DNA from: Podarcis pityusensis
Taxonomy: Eukaryota
NCBI GenBank assembly: GCA_964106645.2
Contig: OZ067051.1
Length of the DNA: 64,000 bases
Reading direction: 5' to 3' (one strand)
A program made the translations under genes and the position numbers. The stretch's first letter is position 1. Every line of letters starts with the position of its first letter. A model generated the notes under the pieces. The model did not search any database. It saw only the letters and a program-made list of their open reading frames with translations, and was not told the origin of the DNA. Below are positions 53,933-64,000 of the stretch, one piece after another.

Positions 53933-55257
53933 CTGCAAAGAATTTGTTAATTAGCTCAGCTGTAATATTCCAATTAGTAATCTCTTTTTGGGTTATCTTT
54001 TCAAAAACAACACTTAATGCTACCTTCATAAGCATAAATTCAGCAGGGTTTAAAAAATAATCCAAAGTAATTAGGTAAATCAACCAAATCAAAATCCAAA
54101 TCTAACTAAATATGGCGCCCAATTTCTGCAAAGAAATATTTTCCTTTCTGTAGAAGTCTGTACAAATCACAGCTTGTATTCTAAGATTCAGTCAGAAACT
54201 TGCCTTGTCCTTCATTCTTATATCCTGATGCATTACTGCCCTGGATCTTTGTTCTTTCATCGATAGTCCAATGGTCCCATATGCCAGATGGCATCCTTTT
54301 ACATATAAAATACTTTACTGATAACCCTGAAGAATGGCAACTACCGAAATAATAGATTAGACAAACCTAACTAGATTGATCTGTCCTGGGAAGAGTGGGG
54401 GAAAGAGTTGGGATTTCATTTTTTGTTTTTCCCCTCTTTTGTAATAGGGGGGCGCGCGCACACACACACAGACAGACAGAGTCCAATGGGACCTCTTTTA
54501 CTTCCCTTCTTAGAACTCATTGCTTCCAAGAAGTCTTTGGCAAAACCTCTTAATTCTCATATCCAATGTAACTGAGTCTGCAAATTAAACCAAACATTTG
54601 CAACTGAAAGGAGGCAAACATTTAATCAGTCTTCACTGGCTCTGCAATTTAGAATCAGGGAGGAGTGAAGAATGTGCCATGGACTCTTCAAACTTTGGTT
54701 TCAGATGATGCATGCTCATTGGAGAGAAGATATCATATTATAGGACATCTCCCTCCTATGCAAAAGAAAAAGGGAGGGGGGAATGCCATCTGCAATTTTT
54801 ATGAGATCTTGTAATGATTTGTTTGCTTTTAAATTGGCAGCCTGAGCTCTTTAAGTCAATTAAATGTTTTAATTAATTAAACATTGCAACTCTAAAATCT
54901 ATAAAAGTCAAAGAGAAGGAAACTACAGTCCTCCAGAAGACTCTAATTCACATCGGCCTCAGACAGCATGACTAATTGTTACGAGATGATAGGATACAGG
55001 CCATATGAATAGTCATGATTACTATTATAAAAACATTAAAGAATTTTGTTTTAAAAGTCTTGAAGAGTTCAACTTTTGATCAGTTTGTTTTCCCAAATTA
55101 CTCTTACTGAACATGCTAATTTTCAGGCAAAGCTATGCTGTGTCAGCAAAACCAAATGATTTTCAGAGCCTTTAATGAGTACTGTTATGCCAGCACTGTT
55201 CAGTTAAACAATAAAAGAAAACCCCTCTTTGAATAAAATAAAAGGGTCAATTCTCAC

Positions 55258-55556
55258 CCGATTTAATGATACCGGTTGTGCTGTTACTGTGGCCACTGGC
55301 CTGGATGGGGACTGAGCCATTACAGGTATGCCGAGGTTCCTTGCTAATGATTGAGTGGTGGCAGATCTATTGATAGGCTGAGATATTCCAGTGCTTGCCT
55401 TGGCTGCTTCCTGCAGTGATGAACACCCAGAAAGAGGTCTCTGCAAGACCTGAGAGGTTCCTGAAACATTACTGACCCTTGGCTGAGGCTGAACAGCTAG
55501 AGTACTAGTTACGGGTCTTGTTGCAGAGGGAAACCCTGGAGAAACAGCCACAGCAC
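55258..55556 (-). CDS. ZNF280D: ZNF280D exon, Ser/Thr/Pro-rich (AVAVSPGF..SLNR)
   Basis: cag/gtgaga, phase 1 to 0. Confidence 0.88.
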
Positions 55557-55653
55557 CTGCCACAAAGAATTATGAAATATATTAAACTCCACCACATTCA
55601 GACTATAAGGAGTTCAGTTTTACAAAGTCACCAGATTGAGTACATCAGAATAC

Positions 55654-55719
55654 CTCTTTTTGGTGCACCATTCTGCATTCCAATCCGTGGTGAACTGGGA
55701 TTGACTCTGTTCAATATAT
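55654..55719 (-). CDS. ZNF280D: ZNF280D exon (ILNRVNPSS..QNGAPKR)
   Basis: ILNRVNPSS motif; cag/gtattc. Confidence 0.92.
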
Positions 55720-56393
55720 CTGTTAAAAAGTGAGAGTTGTTTAAGTCTGTTAATTAGTTCAACTAGAAAGATGTAAAATATACTTGTGTGAACATATGGA
55801 AGAGAATGCAAACAAATCAAGCTACTCCTCACCATGAAGTTACAGCAAAGAAGTACCCAAATCTTCACACAAGTAAAGCCAGTTGCTAAATTCCTTTCAA
55901 ATACCCCCTAAGAATGAAGCAGGACAATCATAGCCATGTCCTCTTCAGTAAGCCTGTCTAATTAAAGTATCTTTATCTTGCAGTTTTTACCACACACACA
56001 TACAACTATGCAGTTGGGTTTTCCAAAACATCTCCAACACTTGCTAAAAAATTAAAACTTGTATGAGCAAGTCATTCATTAAAATGGGATCCTAGGAGCT
56101 TGGATTGTGCTAGTTGTGTAAGCCTTTATCTCAACTGTCAAAACAAGGGTGTAACTGCACACTTAATTAAAAGTAGATTATGTTGAAGTCAGAAATATGG
56201 ACATGATCAGGTTCCAATCATCCACTGTGAGTTACAGAGAAAAGCAAAATCATTCTGGTAGTTGTTCAGAAATCACTTATTTTGGGGCACTCTTCATTTA
56301 TAACAAGGTGCCAGAAAACCATCAACTGGAACAGAAGCATTCAATATAAGACATATCACTAAGAGCAGTATTTTTCAAAAAATGTCACCTTAC

Positions 56394-56535
56394 AGGTATT
56401 GGATGGCTTAGAGCTCAGGATCTCCCCGACAAAAATGGGTTCGTCATCATCATCATCATCCACAACAATTGGTTTCACTTTCTGTTGCCATGGCTCAAGC
56501 TCTTCCTCTTCGCATTCCATAAATAGCTCTGCCAT
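56394..56535 (-). CDS. ZNF280D: ZNF280D first coding exon (MAELFMECEEEELEPWQ..DDDDEPIFVGE); exon acceptor at 56542
   Basis: ZNF280/POGZ N-terminal LFMECEEEELEPWQ motif. Confidence 0.96.
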
Positions 56536-56599
56536 TGTGGCACTAGATAACAAATAATAGTTTTGTGTAAACCACTTAGAGGTTTTATGTAAACCACTT

Positions 56600-57330
56600 G
56601 GAGGTTCTAATGATTAAGAGGTATATAAACCATATAAAATAAAACAAAACATATTAATAAACAAATACAAAAACAATTAAGAACATTAATAACCATCAGA
56701 TTAAGCGTATGTCTCTTGAGGGCAAGTGCAACTCCATCTAGAACAGGCAATCTCCCCAAATCCCAGAACCAGGAACTACCCACCCACAAGGCCTCTGTAA
56801 TGTCAAAATCCCCCCCCCCCCAAGCTTACTGGCCGTCATCCAGCCAACCACTGAATCCAGGTACCAGTGCAGGGCTTGCATAGTCACACCCAACTCAGAT
56901 TTAAAAGAGAAATAGAGATGGGCCTATTGATGCAAATTGATGGCACCACACTCTCAATCTCCTAATGATGCTCCAAACACATTCATATAGATGTTGAACA
57001 GCTATGGGGTCAAAATGATACCTGTAACATCTCACAGAGCAACTGCCAAGGAGATGAAGTGCAGCAACCCAATGCCACCCACTGAAACTGTCCTATAGGT
57101 AGCAGTGGAACCAGTGCAACACCACTCCCAACCCAAAACCCAGTCTAAGATACCGTAGTCAATGGTATCAAAAGCTACCACAAGATTTGAACAGAAGCAA
57201 GAGGGTTGTACACTTCCCCCCAAAAGATTATTCATTAGGGCAACCAAGGCTAACACAGTCTTGAAACCAGGGCTATTAAACTGCAATAGATGAAGGCAAC
57301 AAGTTTCCTGCACCTGCTCAAGTACCTTCC
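56600..57330 (-). mobile_element. Decayed L2-clade LINE RT fragment
   Basis: PGFKT.LAL and AFDTIDYGIL RT motifs. Confidence 0.65.
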
Positions 57331-60264
57331 CAAGAAAGAGTGCATTTGTGACGGGTTGTGGTGATCATAAACCTCTGCATCCAGGGTATTCTGTTTCTTT
57401 CCAGAAGCAGCCTTGCTATCTCCTCATTTCACAAGTTATATATTTCACAAGTTATATATTGTCTCTGCCTCAGGTAAGTAAGAGCAGGTTTATCACAACG
57501 AAATATTGGCCATGGCTCTACTGTAGAGTTTAAGACTTAATAACTATATGTTGACAAGCCATACTTTGGAACATAGGAAGCTGCCTTATGCACAATCAGA
57601 TCACTGGTCCATCTAAATTCTGTATTGTCTATACCGAGTGGCAACAGCTTTCCAGGGTTTCAGACACAGGACTTCTCTAACTACTGATTCCAGGGATTGA
57701 AACAGCTGAACACAAACCTTACACACAACAAATGAGTGGTGGTCCCTTGAAAAACACTCAGGGGGGCAGGGCAGTTTGCATGCAGCAAAGAGAAGGATAA
57801 ACAGAAAGGTAGTGAAATCTCTTTGTAGCAGAGGATCAGCAAATCTAAACAAGGCAGTCAGCTGAATTAAATTCTTAAACAGAAGTAAAATCAGAACATA
57901 TTTAATAATTATTGTTACAAAAGTTGAGTGCCCCCCCCCCCCGCCAATCAGTGTCAAGAGCCCATGGGGTTCTAGGAACTCACCCAGGATCTGTGATCCT
58001 TTGCAGAATTGAGACATAGCAGAGACTGTTGTAGCTTGAAGAAATATGGTTTATCCACCTATTTACACCTTCAGTCTGAATGGGGAAAGTCCAGATCTTA
58101 CTGATCATTTCAAGTGGGGCTTGTCCACACAGCAGTGCAGCCCTGGAATCCAAGGAATCTCCCCCAGCCAGCCTGTAGCCAGCCTGCCCACAGGTGGATC
58201 CCAGGCTCTCTTCCTCCTCCTCCTTCCCAGAACCTCTTGCTACCAGACTCCCTTTTCCTTTCCCTCAAATACAGAGTTACCATGGCAACCTTCCTTACCC
58301 CAGTCTCTGTTCACATCTCAGGGCAGGGGGGAAGGACAGTCATTTTGCATTGCCAATAATCCTCAATTGTTTCTTAATGGCCTTACCTTGGCCAGATTCC
58401 TCTGCAGTTTGTATTTCTTCCTTCACATCCCAAAAAATTAAAATCCTACCATTTATTAATATCTAGGTTTTGGGGGGTGGGGTCCCACTCCCAAATCTAT
58501 AACATTATTTTAGTAGCACCCAAGGCAGCCAATGGCAGGAATGATTTTAAATTACAATAAAACAATTTTAAATGAAGTAACGTTTTTATCGAAGTCAACA
58601 GTTACTTAATGAAAGCTTGAGATACATAAAGCTGAGATCATCTGAAAACATAACTACAGTCAGGAAAGAATATCCCTAAATGAAACTGGAAAATTTTGTG
58701 ATTTTCTGTTAAATCCATTACTCCAGCAAGGTGGAAGCATCTTTTAAGGTAATAGCTGATGCGGTGGGATCAGTGCTCGGAAAACAGTAATCTAAAAAAA
58801 GCAAACAGCCACCACCACAGCTGGCTCTGTTGGTCCACTGTAACAACATACCATCTTTGTTAGAACTCACAACACAGTGTAAAAATCTAAGAATTACAGA
58901 ACTCTTCTGCCTAGATTTTTTTAAATGAAAAAAAAATGTTTAGCTGAAATAACTGCACTAAGCTCCTCTCTACAACTTGCTAAAAATGGCAATGGAGGAA
59001 TCCTTAACATTATGTTTAACATTGTAAGGTATTAGGATCTCAGGTTACGCAGGAACAAAGCAAAGGAGCTAAAAATATAAGAACCAATAGTTAGCTTTGT
59101 CTGTCCTTTTGCTATCACTGACTAGAGCGTACATAAGACAAAGCAAAGTGCAACTGTTACATTACAAATGTTAACGTCCTTAAACAATGTAATGTGGACT
59201 CCTTTGCTTTGGATCAAGTGTTCTGTGTGCATTTTTTTAAATATAGTTTTTTTCCATATAAGCAGCACAGTGCTGTATCTCCCTAACTGCTCTGTCTTAC
59301 AAATGATGGGAGAGTTCCAATTAGTGCTAGAAAGCTGCCTTCAGTGAACTGACTATGGAAGGTCTGACAGGCTACACTATTATTACAAACTACCTTACTA
59401 ACTGAGAGACTTTCTTTAAAAACAATCAAACACACACACACTTGTTCAATATTCAGTATGTTACAGTTACACAATAAAGGTAACCTAAGGCTGCAGTCCT
59501 ATTTATTAGGCCTCTCCAAATGCTTGTCTTTCAATGTTTTGGACTACATCTCCCATCAGTCCTTGCCAGTATGGCCAATGGTCAAGGATGATGGGAATTT
59601 TAGTCCAGCAGCATCTGTAGAGCCACATGTTTCCCTGTCCCAAATAAAACATTACTGACTGAAAACACCAAAGTGTGTTTTCAGATAGTTATGCCTGAAC
59701 TGGACCAATTTTAAATTAAACAGTTCTGTTTTAGCAATAAAACACTTCCAATCAGTAACTTGAATGTCTTAAGACTGTAAGGTGTTTTGTTTGTATGTAT
59801 GTGCTCAGTTTAACTTCAATTCCTTAGTTCTTGTGAGGGTGCCATCAGCAGACTCAATGTTTTGTTTGTATATCTTCAGATTTAAGATGAAAATGGATTT
59901 CATCCAGCTGGTAGTGTATGAGAAGAAACAGGCCTCCTGCATTTTTTTTTCCACACAAGAGAAAGGTTATTCTAAGATGATTTCTATAATACTCTTATGT
60001 TAATACCTCAGGATTTTTAAATATTGCCTTTGAAATATTGAATTTCCTTTTGTATTTATAAATAGTGTTGGTCATTTGTTATGCAATTTTAAAGCTTTAC
60101 TGTGTTTCAATGATTTTAATGTACACTGACTTGGTTGTTTTACGAGTTACTGGTTTATAAATATTCTTATAAATAAAACTAATTTTTAGAAGATATTTGA
60201 TTAAGCAACAAACAGAAGGAAGGATATGGGCATAATGCTTGTTCCACGTTTAATAAAGTCTAGT

Positions 60265-60808
60265 GTACAGGCCAAGGCAAGTAACAGGACCACTCCATTT
60301 CCTCTTGTCACGCCCCACCTAGAGTACTGTGTCCAGTTTTGGACATCACAATTAAAGGACACTGACAAGTTAGAATGTGTGCAGAGGAGGGTGGCCAACA
60401 AGCTCAAGGGTATGGAAACCAAGCCTTATGAGGAATTGTTGAGGGACTTGCATATGTTTAGCTTAGAGAAGACTGAGAGGCGGTATGATCGCCATCTTCA
60501 AATATCTAGAAGACTGTCACATGAAAGATGAAGCAAGAATTGTTTTCAGTCGCTGCTGAGGGTAGAACACACACCAATGGATTCAAATTACAAGAGAGGA
60601 GATTCAAAATAAACATTAGGAACTGCCTGAGCTGTTTGACAGTGGAACAGACTACCTTGGAAGATGGTGGGCTCTCCTTCATCGGAGGTTCTTAAAACAG
60701 GTGGATGACCATCTGCCAGAGATTCTTCAGCTGTGATTCCTGTGTTGCAGGGAGTTGGACAAGATGACACTGTGGGTCTCCTCCAACTGTACAAATATAT
60801 GATTCTAT
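60265..60808 (+). mobile_element. CR1 LINE 3' fragment
   Basis: LVTPHLEYCVQFW..DKLECVQRR..YEE.LR.L.MFSLEK plus atgattctat tail. Confidence 0.9.
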
Positions 60809-61199
60809 AAATCCTATTTATTGAACTGAGATGGCTACAAACTGTTGTCTATCCTGGGATCACCTTGAAGTAGTGTTGCAAGTGTAGCAGCCCTGCACAG
60901 ATCATCGGGGGAGAGCTGAAAGCTTGTTCCTGGCCTTTATTTTTTTCCTCTTGTGAACTCACCACCACCACCACCACCACCCCAACCCCTTTCCCAGTAA
61001 AGTCTGCTACGAAAAACAACAAACACGTGTAACTAACCCACTTCCAACAACACCTTTTTCAACAAGAACAGACCTATCTTAACCCCTCACCCTTCTCCAT
61101 CAAACTAAGGCTCCCTGCTGCTTTTGCTACAGCGGACTCTGCAAGCCTTTCTTCAAGCTCCTCCTGGGACAAGGTCTCCTGGAGCAGCCAGAACCGGTA

Positions 61200-62170
61200 C
61201 ATGGGCCGGGGGGGCTGGCCCTGAAGAGAGAAAAGGCCCTGCGCGCAGAAAGCTAGCCGCTTAGCACCCGCCGCTTCCTTCCAAGCACACCTGAATGCCC
61301 TTTGTGTGAAAGCGGTGCAGCCTTGGGTCTGGGCCCGAGATGCTGCGCGGAGGGCCGCCGCCGCCGCCCCCCTTCCCCCGGGGCTCCAGCCATCTCCCCA
61401 TCCCCGGAGAGGGAGCTTCCCGCCAAACCAGGCCCAGCCCTCGCCCGCCTCCCCTCGCCGGCCGCTGGACCCCCCTCGCCAGGCGAAACCCGGGCCCGTT
61501 CAGGCCGCACTCTGCACAGCCACCCCGCAGGCCCGCCGAGGAGGAGGCGGCGGCGGGGGCGAGCTGGCCTGCCTAAGCCACGGGGTCACCGCCAGGCCGG
61601 GCTTCCCTCCCAGCCAAGATGGCGGCGGCGGCGGCGGTCTCGTAGGCAACAATCCCTCCTGAGGGACCACCGTGAGGGAGAGCAGGCCCGGGCCGGGCGG
61701 GCGAGGGAGGGAGGGAGGGAAGGGGCTTACCGTGCTGCGCCTGAGGAAGGAGGCGGCGCGGAGCGGGCGGAGGGGAGGCGGCGCGCGGGCCGCCCGGGAG
61801 GGTGGAGGAAAGAGCGGGGCAGGCCGAGCCTGTGGAGGCGCCGCGGAAGCAGCGATGGCGGCAGCAGCAGCGCCGCCTCCAACTCCTCCTCCTCCTCCTT
61901 CGCGGCCTCCTGGCGGCGGGCGGGCGGACGCGCGAGGGGCGTGGCGTGAGGCCGCCGGGCCGCCCTCCGCTCCCCTCAGGGCGGCCGCGGTCCCTGGCGA
62001 GGGCGGAGGCAGCTCCGGGCATCAGCCGCTGGGAAAGGCGAGGAGGGCGGCCCTCCCTCCTTTCCCCCTCCGGAGGCCGAGTAACGCGAGAGGAAGGCGC
62101 TGTCGACGCAGCGCGGAGGGTTTTAGGCTGCGGAACTGGCCGCCACAAGACGGGGTGGGGGGCGTCAAGC
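61200..62170 (-). promoter_or_regulatory. ZNF280D: ZNF280D CpG island with non-coding exon 1 (donor CG|gtaagc, exon ends at 61731)
   Basis: Very GC/CpG-rich; strong minus-strand donor; GC boxes. Confidence 0.8.
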
Positions 62171-62625
62171 GGTGCCGGATTTACGTACTGTATAAGCTAA
62201 ACAAGCTATAGCTTAGGGCCCCACTCTCTTAGGAGCCCCCCAAAAATTTAAGAGAGGAGAAACTGGATGTACATTTCCAAAATATAGGATAAAAAACAAA
62301 TAAAACCTACATACAGCAACAGTGTTTGTGTTGTGTCGGCTCCTATGTGTAAGTCATGGGCCCCGCCTGCTCGCCTGCTCCCTAAAATATCACTGGTTTG
62401 CTCCTTTCTATATACAGTATAGGGTGCCTACATTCTGCATGGACTGGTTGCATGGCAACATGTGCAAATGGCTTTAGATACCTATTAGGTCCATAAATTA
62501 CCATATAGCATATATTCAACACAAAAAACAGCAACAATTTGTTGTTGACAAAGAACAGCTGGACATATAAAGGGCGCCATTACCTTCAGTAGCTCAGGGC
62601 CTCATCAAACTTAAATCCGGCCCTG
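62170..62625. mobile_element. hAT-like MITE next to the ZNF280D CpG island
   Basis: TIRs CGGTGCCGGATTTA / TAAATCCGGCCCTG; TSD not clear. Confidence 0.7.
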
Positions 62626-62633
62626 GGGGTGTG

Positions 62634-63024
62634 TGATGATGGCGGCTGAAATATGCTCGGAGTTGAGAATGGATTTCATGCTCTTTATTCCGCTCATAGT
62701 GGTGAGGAGGAATGGAAGCTCCCCCAGAATATCTGCTTTATATACGTTATTTACACAATGGGCCCCACGTGATTGGCTAATTCTGGGATTCTCCTGTAGG
62801 CCAATCAGGTTGCGGATTCACTTCCACCTGGAGCTGGATTGGGTGGCTCCTGTGGATGAATCAGACTGCTGCATTCGGGATCCTATTGTTCTAGGACCAA
62901 TCAGACTGCTGCCTTCTGGATCCTATTGTTCTAGGTCCAATCAGACTGCTGCATTCTGAATCCTATTGTTCTAGGACCAATCAGACTGCTGCATTTTGGA
63001 TCCTATTCAACTCAGTACCTAACA
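62634..63024 (-). mobile_element. Solo LTR with 40-bp tandem repeats
   Basis: TG..CA ends, minus-strand TATATAAA (62737-62744) and AATAAA (about 62683-62688), 40-bp repeat x3.7 at 62859-63008. Confidence 0.7.
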
Positions 63025-64000
63025 GCGGCCAACTGGGAGGGCTTTATAAAGGGGTGAGGCAAAAGTCATGAGGGACAAAGGCTATGGGGGACAAGTAACT
63101 CGAACACACAACTGCTTTTGAGGGTGTCTCTCACTCGTGGGCTTCCCATAATGGGCATCTGGTTGGTCCCTGTGGATGCTGGACTGAATGGCCCCTTTGG
63201 CCTAATCTGGCAGCCATGCACTTCTCAGAGACACTGACGCTACTTGCCAGTCAGGCTGAACCTGTTGAATTGCCTGCCAGGCAACTGTCCAACGCATAGG
63301 AGCCCTGCTGCCAGGAATGCCACATTCACTTGGGACTCTTCCTTTCATGGCTGCTATCTTGTTCTACACACCCACCCAGGACACAACACTCCCTTCTGGC
63401 TTGGGGAATGTGAAGAGAAAACAGATGAAGAGAAACCTCAATTCCCCCCCTCCCCGCCCCCCATCCCTTGTATAAAGCGTCCCAAATGGCTGTATGGCTG
63501 CCTTTTTTGCCCTTAAACCTCTTGGGCTCACATTTGCAGCCTGATTCAGCTACAGGCCTCCGCTCAGATTAACTCTCCTCTTAAAATCTGTATTATTTTA
63601 ATTAAATAAACCAGCTAGTTGATGGAATTTACTCTGTTTTCTTCCCTTGCAACCTTTCTTTTTGTGCAAAGGATTTTTTAACAATGCCTCAGGAAGCTGG
63701 TTCTGGACATTTGGGCAGATGGAGTGGAGATGTCAAACTTCTGCAACACATAGATACTTATCCAAGTTTGACAATGCTTTAAAATGTCATATTTATTCAT
63801 ATTTTTCGTGTGAAAGCTATTCGTATACTTTACTCGAATCCAGGATAACCCACCAGATCTGCCAATCCCCAAAATTAGTTTTTTCAGAAGACCATGTTCA
63901 AGTCAGTGGAAAAGAGCTCATCACTTTGACAATTGAAGACAGGCTAATATTTTATTTTTCAGACAGCTGATAAGGCTAGAGAAATGGCAGGAAAGGGTGG

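Noticed and set aside
60226-60531. 101-aa ORF as a host gene
   Set aside because: Truncated, frameshifted CR1 reverse-transcriptase C-terminus
61253-62211. Several overlapping 100-215 aa ORFs
   Set aside because: Low-complexity R/G/P/A products of a stop-poor CpG island
62859-63008. CRISPR-like regular repeats
   Set aside because: Head-to-tail 40-bp units with no unique spacers, inside an LTR in eukaryotic DNA

Overview
Vertebrate genomic DNA, most likely from a lacertid lizard given the Sauria SINEs and Squam-type tRNA SINEs. It covers the conserved TEX9-MNS1-ZNF280D block. I assembled three spliced genes by hand with consistent splice phases: the last 8 coding exons of TEX9 (+, 408-9130, one GC-AG intron), complete MNS1 (-, 10 coding exons, 9914-19424, about 502 aa, CpG promoter with two RFX X-boxes), and complete ZNF280D (-, 19 coding exons, 31064-56535, about 1553 aa, non-coding exon 1 in a CpG island at about 61.2-62.2 kb). 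Gene identities rest on my recall of the mammalian proteins, not on a database search. The most unusual feature is the ZNF280D terminal exon: 2.3 kb of uninterrupted ORF made of about 14 acidic, Cys-containing repeats of about 45 aa, with a recent 279-282 nt higher-order duplication. A candidate intronic last exon could remove this tail. The rest is a typical squamate TE landscape (Sauria and Squam SINEs, CR1/L2/RTE fragments, hAT and Tc1/mariner MITEs, two solo LTRs). Most ORFs in the supplied track are spurious.
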